Source: an uncultured Planctomycetia bacterium
GTDB taxonomy: Bacteria > Omnitrophota > Gorgyraeia > 2-01-FULL-45-10
DNA length: 44,485 nucleotides
Reading direction: 5' to 3'
NCBI GenBank assembly: GCA_964352425.1
Contig: CAYGRZ010000006.1
Span: 1 to 44,485, forward strand
Under the pieces are notes generated by a model. The model ran no database searches. It was not told the origin of the DNA and was given only the letters and a program-made list of their open reading frames with translations. The first letter of the stretch is position 1. Every line of letters begins with the position of its first letter. Made by a program: the position numbers and the translations under genes. Of the stretch, positions 28,701 through 36,300 are shown piece after piece.

Positions 28701-30346
28701 CCGATACCTTGCGCAATGCCGAACAAGCCGAGGAGAGGCTCACTATGGCGGTAGAGCAGGCCAAGGCAGGGCAGGCGGAGGCGGCGAAGCTTGGGAACGC
28801 GGAAAAACGTGCGGATCTTATCGCAAAATTTAAGACTATCGAAAGAGTGGCGTCGTCCAAGCTCAACAAATTGAAATATAGGTCCGCTTCGGAAGATGCC
28901 GCATCTCAAGAGCAGAGACGCGGCTTTGGGAGAAACGAACCCAGGGAGAAGGATGAGCTCGCGTTATTTATATCCGCCATAGAACTATACGCCCCGGCCG
29001 GACAGCCGCCGGAAGGTTCCGCGGAAGAAGGGCTGCTCAGGCTCGATCTCGACCAGATGAGGGGGCTGCTCAAGCGGCCGAAGCTTACGTGGGAAGGCCT
29101 GAGATCGCTGAAGAGCCGGGCTAACCGGATGTGGCGCGACCTCGGTTCGCAGCTGCGGCTTTCTACCGATAATATTTTGCATACCGCATCCATAGTTTTC
29201 AATGACGATATAAACGCCGGATTCAGGGAATTCGCCGCCGTCTGCAGGGCAGGTATCGCTTCCTGCAGAAAAGATATAGAAAATGGCAGGTTCGACAGGC
29301 CCAGGATAGTTGCTATGCTCGAAGATATACGAAAAGCGCATACAAGACTTTATCTCAACCATCGCAATCAGGGCCCTGCCAACGAACCTTCTCTCGATGC
29401 CATTACAGGATTATTCTCTATTTCATCTTTTCCGGGACTCGACAAAGCTGATAAGGTTATAGCGCTAAGCGCCATAACCGAATCGGAAAAGTCGCTCGCA
29501 GAACTTGAGCGCCTTGCCGACGCGGGCATGTTCGCGGATTCATGGGATGCGCGTGTAACAAGCGGGGTTTACGACTCTTCGCGCGTACTCGGCGCAGTCA
29601 AAGGCCATGGCGCCGAATCGGAAGCATCGCCGGCACCGAAAATGGCAGGCGTCAATCTTAAAAGTTTCAACCCGGAGGTTTCTTCGCCCGATACGCCGAT
29701 GTGGCCCGGCCCGGACGATCTGATAGATCTGCATACCCGAAAAACCGCGAAAGCCGATGCCGCGCGCATCCAGGCCATCAAGTTCACCGATGCGGTCAAG
29801 ATCATGCAAGGGGCGAAGCAGAAAGAGCCGGTCATACTCGCGCTCGGTACCGGCTGGATAAAAGGGCTTTCGTCGGATGACAGTCAACTGCGCGGGGCCT
29901 TGAACGTGCACATATCCCAGATACGCAACTACTGCAATGACCACGGCATCATCTTCATCGATAGGGATGATAGCGCCCTCCTCGCCGAGATCGAAAAGGC
30001 GCGGGCTGCTCACCCCAACGCGCGTGTGGTCGTGCTTGCAAAAGAGGAGACCGTCACCTCGAAAGAGTTCGCGCCCTTGCGCGATAATGAGAAAGCCTTC
30101 TTGGCGGGCGTCAATGCAAGCGGCCTGGACGAGACCTGCTACATGCGCATCACCGAAATGCTGATGATGGCCCTGCGGCTCGGCCTCAGAGACCTGTTCG
30201 TCAACTCAGCTCCGCTCGATTGCCCCGCGGTGAAGGCCGAGGCGATTCAGGCCTTCAGAAATGTGTACAGATTCCTGCCTGCGGCCGAGAAGATACCGGT
30301 CGATACGAAATTCAAAAAGCTCTACCCTGTCGAACAGTTCGCGTAA
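16721..30346 (+). CDS. Giant multidomain protein C (about 4540 aa): signal peptide, GNAT-like, SelO-like (weak), HAD phosphatase, metallophosphoesterase, internal Tat motif + clan-A glycoside hydrolase + ILEI-like domain, transglutaminase-like, duplicated helical domain, coiled coil, TPR-like, conserved C-domain
   Basis: Uninterrupted 13.6-kb ORF. Motifs: DKGVGETVV (about 18690), GRQ..LGIKGAG (about 19565-19623), FDLDLT/LTAR/VEDS (20850-21265), SDIH/NGD/GNHD/EHGH/GHTH/NTGTW (22300-23330), TRRDFLK (23597), AVGNE and IGEFG (24110, 24455), C..HVW..IID (25823-25951). Confidence 0.92.
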   Translation: MLSNSKFRQRIFKVICLVLACVLILNDLSFAASQNDQHLAAASRFNSILGQKRNKPFVEAATFMVISSIIGKYLRDGISQYTLIPCIKHRISKTELAWAREKDPLLAGCAIDELSFRADEKAFYLPLYRRDAQGKRVKAYVYTFLIEGGSTDTGWTIPLGNGTNVYVKVDVVPGYEPPVSRKQAVEKPQAAGSNVVAADRPSEPVTISAAGLQNEIAGIIASDGYPADKVNLRDLFAYVKAHNPGMVQLGTTEDEKLAIFCLAIWGGGQDTIRFSFKETVQPSEMQDLKQGLIADLTNDAKKTLDKLEHVVLRSDRRCAFAVAQYYGAGNTNIASLMTWSPQKARVAREFFGLCVEPEKRRFVGQWERDYARHLSGMSSRELQREWERVGTIAGYINDPLYLLSVNDCLSDTFQFLHPSSFYVFDTASDRAAVKHIVSYIAKTGILLEWASRHWGPKEAAGFSSLPRTITPSLSYIKETIFPRHLEDGSEVPFENRVACKVLSALTDADAETILGSKPEDKGPNVAEKEFNRQQARIFRDGGDGPEVAREMFAPESGPLRSAEEVSPEFIKKDKRGRIRAVKDRFGTVWEEYHYRTFRNVVKLRNLKTGKMDIKVRYPSGENAIEACKVMVKGKSAGSVDYYTDANTITTIRINDRDKGVGETVVNWFFKAAERRGASRAGISGVANPALDHIGRKLIKEPANMKPEEMDPAAVEYAVMGADFDPFRSSGSELGTVKVSDGKIVSFDLPAHLVPALDRGRVVVRDRTSGKEADVVILYNKQKRENIHGAPNPIFPVLHPDGAIEHRQEGGKADEISGSPTVDASSPITSATQEANKAEEYFSANGLTGYPALKKAFTSEVLAALIDDPALRPVFLQVLPQENMGPLEIDETITIAGKDVRDILEEHSVFLVGGADTAERLLREGHRIVVGVTDKPSSKTLIPVNKVANGRQAYFPLPDGTWLGIKGAGQFNSETEPPFYFRNQAGYPERWEALAWKQEAESAQEAARKLKGYNARFAQYLGYRRIYAAPDGKGGFNSTNELALDSGYRKFSEPVLIFKRVASPHRIMKIAQLLEADPGLKRLTGNISRSLAGYGHLPEGTVLSPDEMIVMAMREFGREEAIKQNLRMRKYTLHSQDLTFAGEEADNEEFCNLSSYHAYLMSRGLVSHNLDPLTIGNELYLPIEVHGLQEKLVTLIEMVTAARCSGSHDNEKDLFPEPLEALKAMFQGYFRGLDDTFLDSWTVENHSVDSEYWPVKVVTADKRIDILHPKYNGISAATDLKPFDQAAADEIEGMIQAWADEEAARRNAGASASVDGGMAAPQKVVTESVFGLGDFDPEHPLVKAGRIAGTNDYRNIGGVDLVEYAKKMRLEKGIKRIYFDLDLTVFRSKGYLSSSKWFEDVSREYGAEQAFKWWGTMGHESRQIKNGFFYRIMDPAIPDMIRELQKAGFEVVGLTARNFDKDEFRTKDILNKLDVWLNDVIYASGAPKKGEVLDSYETKKDGEPGKVASLFVEDSFKNLEMVLADRDHMYGIHYKGLAANDEDGWDYTTYMAKAEEAQAKGNTGHAFEYYFNAVVKILELKGISRETAYKELDKIYQKLRLMKDAKPAGYDRLFQIAEIARDGRSYLFHDAQARVLRPSVSGGAARTRPIAVTAEVESGSRTVKLRIKYTPVLKPDSKLWHRWTTKTPGPVTYTQEVGLLPTFTGVSGNSNALAMEFFRQLIITGILWKRSIREDLFFAIDGNYVRAYTGKAAAHNIPLSLKAQKIVDKLVRKTPERNAETYVSADVTGTGRKLVIRGAIEEKEAGSLARDLMRYRHAELEKLGNIEVIFARGDISVESDVKDERAAADVLDFIEGFYEIIAISDIHAAAKGPEDNFGSGKEEELIRLIDRAAARRSLIVINGDFLELWQEKYGNIRRKYQRLFEALRNARRVIYVAGNHDAAVLKSAHDAERGNAMRLAEEHRINDDDLNGELKELLSRPEVKAASDDLISQRFGFALSEDFSENGIVVSGKTYYIDRKILGLKKELGEDLAAFILNKSFMDIQQNLSAMIPVDLGQKDDNNLMSVEIVPYYHDRFRGLFFEHGHIPDPFNYQSIVGRCIAWAVGKFEKMGWNNAGGKLSIALDKVSAVFSLIFPGIATGPVKAYAERVLALGAILRTIAQDPDGRLTIFFGHTHHAVDIGKGPLNTFSLAFNNAQYANTGTWSSAEEVRKRQTVAERWKKSIARPAMTAQAERPPVSDADFSRNKNWYDIDAHGTITLRNGFRAIEEHDSGLADKLEVIAAPPAQDEKSGVTRRDFLKGTLLAATALAIGLPSRKALADVQGVPNSPSIVTAQAGDRRLFMRDRLPDGSLTDTYGFVARGVNWSPASIGIDPDSNPTGYRQEFYNWYLTDIPKMAEMGVNVVRVYHDFGTGSEAIAILDELYKHGIKVIMPVDSPYHGNVANLSNVSAVVNAYKNHPAILMWAVGNEWDLNYYYGTYTTLTDAAAFTESAAQLIKSLDANHPVATLIGDPHIPKYSDTAPYHPLSQEAFPFLVGPYTKDIVNTMAPSIDVWGLNIYRNSSFTDVFQQWKSISNKPMFIGEFGCDAYDHRVTSENQAMQDAMDKGLWDEAFFDLSALRTEGAAIGALRFTWNDEWWKNGTPSAHSITAETNSGQPDGYNDEEWFGVVDINRNPRSVFTSMQDRYLMKASSNVETDGQPLLTAASQQGGSWVKFNIGAKTVFSRDGGSGQGARGVNVAVLDDSTGIRMREVRSFDTWNPYGGPHTHFQALIDYLNSLPNGAVISIAIGDEGGFVNASNQPWNEPVVESAYQALEALGSTMIRSVGYGGGWAMIAIKGQGKLAENYSASHVPVSVQAQPSLTLAPDQGKRDLPYPPARILQTPSPRNGYELRFESRDWFVYEVQYTSDLKGTWQTAQTGIVASGTVTSWNDPGPTYPDTRFYKVMTVGSSFDLLAARSGGQREKYLAKRGAPGTLALGAAAISAISGASSENDDARLNGRGDTGQAEVCRKIAHDARGFIEKNKQAFWDRGLRITSCERHAYEVKRRLAEKGIGATVMHGVRGDEHHVWVLTDDGYIIDAYPRDNGAPRVFKAGSIDTDEYKGKDIISVEWAPREIDRWNAAAERLASASAGRTAPKDELTLFMSVIELYAPAGQPPAGSAEEGLLRLDLDQMRGLLKRPKLTWEGLRSLKSRANRMWRDLGSQLRLSTDNILHTASIVFNDDINAGFREFAAVCRAGIASCRKDIENGRFDRPRIVAMLEDIRKAHTRLYLNHRNQGPANEPSLDAITGLFSISSFPGLDKADKVIALSAITESEKSLAELERLADAGMFADSWDARVTSGVYDSSRVLGAQPGAASSKSTRRAYEYPRSGEGDGPGMLDDMAEASVETGMSFDGRKRAVTKYIMENDESMSAPTAGLKGVLKKYSIKIVPAKRGKGGLRELADALAKDGTRPQKKFVPEKTVAQVKADAAKVIGMAREEINRLRTEAGLAMSRERFADAAALNEKIVAVTKEAIDHADEPSLKDRLQKMADFHIEKAENARQLQVAKDKRLQDKLRSEQKEAYQEAERQKALKDEAERGRQAKEWQESRPAQERLLVTRKTEVIALFEEAESRLNSLDFEDFPGINNIRDIREAASAIKAFKEFGEKFGDDAVLTAGFEELESVIRSIEELYAEWRREQDELITVVTMDPNELLARIGSARAKLAKGEALKPEERLKSLEDSFQAVKASLMGSLEKRETFTDEDAKAIDLLKQIQKELAAVSAAGNRRFGGPSGGEDLSWLYPKAAPFITPDMAAADLLQALPADILALMPDNKKAAWADQIIGMRARRASEALRERNAAQTTAPRPAKARKITARENKRSEARHITKHFVKGQKLYRQGRTAEAIDEFETVFSLAPQNIWTLLYLVPALIDADRFDDALMYAEAGLHIPDRSTHGAGMNKPEFKAGLLCFETHCYIHKGEFSKAIEACRMAWKFDPQNVDVRRHLAEVYLDQSDTLRNAEQAEERLTMAVEQAKAGQAEAAKLGNAEKRADLIAKFKTIERVASSKLNKLKYRSASEDAASQEQRRGFGRNEPREKDELALFISAIELYAPAGQPPEGSAEEGLLRLDLDQMRGLLKRPKLTWEGLRSLKSRANRMWRDLGSQLRLSTDNILHTASIVFNDDINAGFREFAAVCRAGIASCRKDIENGRFDRPRIVAMLEDIRKAHTRLYLNHRNQGPANEPSLDAITGLFSISSFPGLDKADKVIALSAITESEKSLAELERLADAGMFADSWDARVTSGVYDSSRVLGAVKGHGAESEASPAPKMAGVNLKSFNPEVSSPDTPMWPGPDDLIDLHTRKTAKADAARIQAIKFTDAVKIMQGAKQKEPVILALGTGWIKGLSSDDSQLRGALNVHISQIRNYCNDHGIIFIDRDDSALLAEIEKARAAHPNARVVVLAKEETVTSKEFAPLRDNEKAFLAGVNASGLDETCYMRITEMLMMALRLGLRDLFVNSAPLDCPAVKAEAIQAFRNVYRFLPAAEKIPVDTKFKKLYPVEQFA
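26123..26770 (+). repeat. Intragenic direct repeat, copy 1
   Basis: 26188-26770 is identical to 29014-29596 by direct reading; the preceding 65 nt carry 10 substitutions. Confidence 0.95.
28949..29596 (+). repeat. Intragenic direct repeat, copy 2
   Basis: Offset 2826 nt (in frame) from copy 1. Confidence 0.95.
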
Positions 30347-30362
30347 TATGAGTGGGTGCACT

Positions 30363-33300
30363 ATGATGAATCTGACACATATATCCCGGTTACGGCCCAT
30401 GAAGATCATATGCGCTATCATCATCTGCGCTATGATCCTTCCCGACGCTGCATGGTCGGGCGATGGCCATGGTGCACGCGGTTCCGGTCTTGCCGCATAC
30501 TCAGGCTTTCAGAAAGACCCGGTAAATCCGGAAGCGGCAAAATACAGGAAGCTGCTCTATTCAGCCGGCGGCCTCATAAATTCCGTCTGCTGCATAGGAG
30601 ACTATTTTTTCCGGGGGATAGAGGACGGCGCTGAGCCTGCGCGGCTGCTGCGCTACCTCGAGCCCGCGCTGACCGATCTGGGCGGCTCGCTGGAAGCCAT
30701 CGACGTGCCGAACGCGAGATTTGAAAACGGGGCGGTGATAGTGCCGTATGAAAACAGCGGCGAGCTCTATGATATCCATATATCATCAAGGAAAGATCCC
30801 GCAGCAGCCGGCCCCGAATGGACTGTCCTTTCGGATACCGGCAGACTGGGCAAATATGCTGTCAAGGTCATCCATAAAGGAAAGAAGGAAGCCGCGGCGT
30901 TCGTCCCGGCCGATATAGAGCCAAAGGATCCCGGCGCAGACCTCGAAGAAGGCCCGAACGCCGCTCTCATCCCGCAGATCGCGGGCATTCCGCATGACGC
31001 TGCCACAACAGTGGATCCGGCCCGCGCCAACGCCGATACGAACGTCCTTGTTATAGGCGCCGGGAAGATCGGAAGAGGCGTCGTGGGGCAGCTCTTGTCC
31101 GATTCCGGTTACAGGATCACCTTCGTGGATAAAGACGCCGACATTGTTAACGCGTTGCAGAGAAGCAATGCTTACACCATAAACATTTACTCACCTGACG
31201 GCAGGATCAATCAAAAAAGGATAAGCGGGATCGAGGCATTGCACAGGGCACGCGAGGGCGAAATAACGGACGCGATGCTGCGGGCGGACACGGTATTCAT
31301 GTCTGTCTTCGAGGCGGATTTTGATAATGTCGCATCGCTTATAGCACGAGGTATCGAAAAAAGGATCGCCGGTAATATCAAACGGCCAGTCAATGTCGTG
31401 GTCGTTTCCAATAAATTTTCCACTGAGTACATCGTCAGGGAGGCGATACTGCGGAATCTTCCGCCGCTCATCCGAAGAGAGGCGGACGGCCTGCTGGGAG
31501 TCATAGATACGGTGACGTTCAATATAGTCCCGAACGTCCCCGAAGCGGCCCGGAAAATTGACCCCGCATTGATACAGATCGGCAGCGACGCGGGCCTTTT
31601 GGCCGATACGACAAAGTTCAAAGGGCCGCCGATACACGTGGCCGGCATCGAGATGACAGACAACCTTGAGCAGGCGAAGCTGAGGAAGCTTTACACCTAC
31701 AATGGCGCCCATGCCATCTGCGCATACACGGGGTACCTGAAGGGATATGTATATATACAGGATGCTATCAAAGACCCTCTTATCTTAGATCTGGTAAAGG
31801 GATCCCTCGAAGAGATGCGCGGGCTGTTAGGGGCGTGGGACGATTACGATGAGTATATCAAAAAAGTCATTAAAGATTTTTCTGATGAGCACATCCGGGA
31901 TGACGTCTCAAGGGTCGGCCAGGACCCGGCCAGAAAGCTCTCGACGTTTGACCGCCTCGTGGGCCCCGCGAGGCTCGCCATGGCCAATAAAAGGATCCCG
32001 AGCGCATACGCGACCGGCATCGCCGCAGCGCTGCTCTACGATAATCCCGATGACACGCAGGCGCACTATATCCAAAACCGGATGGCCGCCGGGGATCCTG
32101 TAGATGCTGTCATATGCGGCATATGCGGCCTGCATCCGGAAAGCGACGCGCAGCTCATATCGTTGATCAGAGAGAAGATCGACGTCCTACGGAAAGAAAA
32201 AGCAAAAAAGCAGCTCAGGGACATCGCCGCCTCAGGAAGGCCCGATAAGACGGTAAAGGTGACGGGGAGGATACCGCACGATGTGAAGCTCGTGATGTGG
32301 GATTTCGATAACGTCATAGCGGACACCCCTAAATATTACGCGCACGCCACGGCGACAGTCTACTGGAGGATACGGAAAGGGGCGAAGAGAGGGGCCGGCG
32401 CGCCTGCTGACGACCCGATCTTCCAGGAAGGAAAGAAGCTGTATTACGGGTTCCTGCCGGGAAGGGCGACCTATCTGACGATAATGGAGGCAATAAAAAA
32501 AGCGAAAGAGGACGGCAGGCCGGATACAGAGCTTGAAAGCGCGGACGAATATTACCACGAGTTCGAATCTGAAAGAGAGAGGATATTCACTGACCTTACG
32601 CCCTCCGAATTCTTCAACCCCGGTATGAGGGAGCTTATATACACGGTGCGGGCTCTCAACCCCCGGGTTGAATTCTGCGTGAACACCGCCCTCGACCAGA
32701 ATTTTTTCCAACGGCAATTTATGAAACGCGGATTCAGGGGATATTTCAGCGCCGCGCGGGCCCTGACCGGGGAAGAGAGGGCCGGGGATACGATAAATAC
32801 CAATAAGGTGAAAAACGGCATGGCCCTGATCAGGGAACGCGGCCTCGACCCGTCTCAGGTGGTATTCATAGATGATTCATACAAGATCATGAAGATGGTC
32901 AAGGAACAGGTTCCCGGCGCTTTCACTATAGGAGTGTCGACCGATACGGCATCAGGCGAGAAGCTTATCGATGCGGGGGCCGATATCGTCATGACAAGCA
33001 TGAGGCCGACCCCCGACAAACTGATGATGTTCGGAATCAGGCAGGAGAGCACGGGTGATATAAAAAGCGCGGCCAAGGATGTCTATGTGATAAAGTCCGG
33101 AGGAGCCAACCGTCAAACGAAAATAGACCCTCTCTGGGAGGCGCGGTTCAGGAAAAATATCCCCTTCATCATCAAGACGCCCGAAGCAAGGCAAAAACTC
33201 GAAAAGCTCTTTGAGGCGCTGGTGCAGAAGGGGGACATCAGGCCGAATGTCGTCATCAATATTAAGAACTACAGCCCGAACGCCGTCTCCGTGTACATGG

Positions 33301-36300
33301 ATGCCCTGAGAGAGATATCCTCCCATTACAACGGAAACGTCACATTTGTCCTCGTGGTCGAGGAAGATATATATCACTTCAGTAATGACATGCCGAGCTC
33401 GTTCACCGCGCTTGCGAAAGCGAAGGAGGTGCTGGGGGACGATTTTTACAGGAATCCGACCGTCATGATAGCGGACGGAGGCAGGAAACTCAGGAACATG
33501 CCGCTGACGCTCGCATACCTGTACGAAGGGCTGATGCCGTATTCGCGCGACAGGTCCAGGCTCCATGAAATATTCGTGCGCTCCGGCGGCCTCATGCTGC
33601 AGATGCCGGATTTCGGAAGAAACGACTGCATCATCGTGGCCAGCGACAGCGTTTTCAATACAGAGAAGATATCAACGCTGCGCGCAGACTGGCCCCTTGC
33701 AGCCATCCCCCCGGTAAAGACGATGAGCGTCCCGGGCGTTCCCATACTTGGGGAGGAGATGAAAGGCAAGATCGTCTGCGGCGTAGACGGCGACAGGAAA
33801 GCGCTTTTCGTGCTGGCCAAGCCGACGCAGCGGGCCTCGTTCGACTATATGTCCAGGTACCCGCCTGCCAGCCTGTACGGCCTGCATTTCCTTACCATCT
33901 GGAATAAGGGGTTCCTTAACAGGTTCCTGCTGGAAATGAAAACATCGACGATGGAGGACGGCAGGCCGTTCCTCGAGATCCCCAGCGACATGTTCATGTC
34001 CCTGTTCCAGAGCACCTGCATGACCGCAGACGAATGGCTATCCTACAGGCCGCAGGACCAAACCGGCGGGGTTTCCGAGCCGGACTGGCTTACGATGAGG
34101 GAGATCGCGCTCAAATTCTTCGGCCCGAAGATCGCCAATGTCACGCTCCTACAGATGGCAGCGAACGCGGCCTTTACCGACGAAGGCATCCTCAGGAGGG
34201 CAATGCCGCGGTTCAAGCTACTCGTCAGGAAAGACCTCAACACCGTAAAGAAGAGCCCGGACGTCGTGCTCTGCAACGCGGCGGCGGCCAGCCTCGACAG
34301 GGTCGTCATAAAAGGCAGGGGCAGGATAGTATTCGGCAGGAACGTTCAGTTGTCGAATGTGGTCATCGAGATGGACGGCGAAGAGCTCTTCATACCCGAT
34401 TACTGGACTATCAGCAATTCCTATATACAGGGAAGCTGCTTTTTCAAGAATGAGAACGGCTATCTGATAAATGCCGCTCTCATCAGCAGCGGCCAAAGCC
34501 GGCTGCTGCCTCTACACGCGGAATTCACGGGCGAGAACGTCACCACCGTCGTATCAACCCTTGGGGGCCGGGAGGTGGTGGTGGGGATCCCTCTTGACGC
34601 AAAGCGGGCCGACCTTGAGGCTATGCGGTTCGGCGGCTACAGGCTCATGCACCTGCAGGAAGACGCCGATATCCTGGGGAACCTGCTGAGGACGGAGATG
34701 CTCGCCGAGAAGATTAATGATGAATTCGCGGCCATGCCCAATATATTCCCGCTTCATAAAGACGCTGTTGTCGAGGAGACGAGAAAAGAGGTCCGGTACG
34801 ATGAGCTGGTCGAGATGATTGCCTCAAGGATCATCAGCGAACATTCCGGGGATGACAGGCAATACTGGGTAACCCTCGAAGGCCTGCAGGGCTCAGGCAA
34901 GACTCACCTCATACACGCGCTGACAGAATCGCTCCGGTCGCGGGGAAAGAACGTCGTGGTCATGGAAGAGGACTGGTATCACCTGGACCGCGCCACACGG
35001 GAGGCGAGGAGAAGTATGTATGCCGGCCTCGGGGAGCGGCGGTGGATGGAACATTTCGAATTGTGGCATGACTGGAAAAGATTGCGCGGCGACCTGGAAA
35101 AGCTCCGCGGCGCCCGCGAAGGGACGCTGGTGCTTGACCGGCTTTACGACAGGGACGCGCACGGCGAGCTGACACGGCGCGTTGAACTTACTATGACAAA
35201 AGGCGCCGTCTGCATATACTCGGGTTTCTATGTTTCAGATAAAGGCAAGGCCGATATCCCCGCGGACCTGTCAATATACCTTGGGGTGAGCCCGGGCGAG
35301 TCCATGAAGACCAAGCTGGGGAGGGACCGCTGGCGGGCTCAGCATGACATAGCCGTTCTTGATAACAAGATTTACCGTCCTGCCCTTGCGCGATATATAC
35401 AGACGAACGATCCGGCTGCCCGGGCGGATATAGTGGTCAGTTTCGACGACATCGATAACCGCTCGCGCGTAAGCATAGTCACTCCGCTGACAAGGCAGGC
35501 CAACAGTCAGAAACCTGCCGCGCCTGAAGAGGTAAAAGCCGCGGCAAATCAATTACCGGAGACGCTGGGCGGCACCGTAACTGACACTCGGTCGAGGTTT
35601 ATCAAGGCCGTGAAGGGTCTTTCATACCTCCTGTTGCCGCCAAAGTGCATGGCCGTAATGAGGCTTCCCGGCCTTGACACGAGACGCGTTACCGCAGAGA
35701 TCATGCTGACCGCCAGGTCGGTACTGGAAGAATTATACGAGAAACGCGAATACGTAAACATCCATAGTACTGCACAAGAAGCCATGACATACCTCATTGA
35801 TAATTTCGATAGCCTGGAGGCCCAGAGCATAATCGGTGCCATCGTCACGCTTGCAGTGAGAGCCAAAAGAGAGAACCAGAAATTGATCATAGGGCTGGAA
35901 ACCGACTGGATACCCGGCATCGACGAAAAAGGATACGGCAGCCAGCACGACGCGATCAACGCCATAATGAAGCAGATCGACTCGTTGGGCGATACGCTGC
36001 GCTCTCTGGGCATAGACAATGTCGAAATAGTCCATGAACATATGGATGACGTCGCCGCGGCGGTGCTGGCGAAAGCTGAATCTACACATACCAGATTATC
36101 CAATGTCATACTGCTTGCGTCTTCCCGTACGGTCTTCAGTTTCAGGATATCTCTTCTTCAGAGAAACAGCAAGGAGATGCCGTTTTTTGCGGCAGTGGAC
36201 GCTTCCAAGCTCAAAGACTGGTATGATAAAAATAAAGGGTCGGGGAAACAGCTCGATATCAGGATACTTGAAATGCTCTCCATAGCCCTGGAACTTGCCG

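Noticed and set aside
26123-29596. Template/variable repeat pair of a diversity-generating retroelement
   Set aside because: Both copies are coding, differences are confined to one edge and are not adenine-specific, and no reverse transcriptase is present.
30261-30362. ORF-track N-terminal extension of D overlapping the end of C
   Set aside because: It overlaps C by 86 nt, and the signal-peptide pattern begins after 30363. No slippery site was seen to suggest a C-D frameshift fusion, and both genes have their own family termini.
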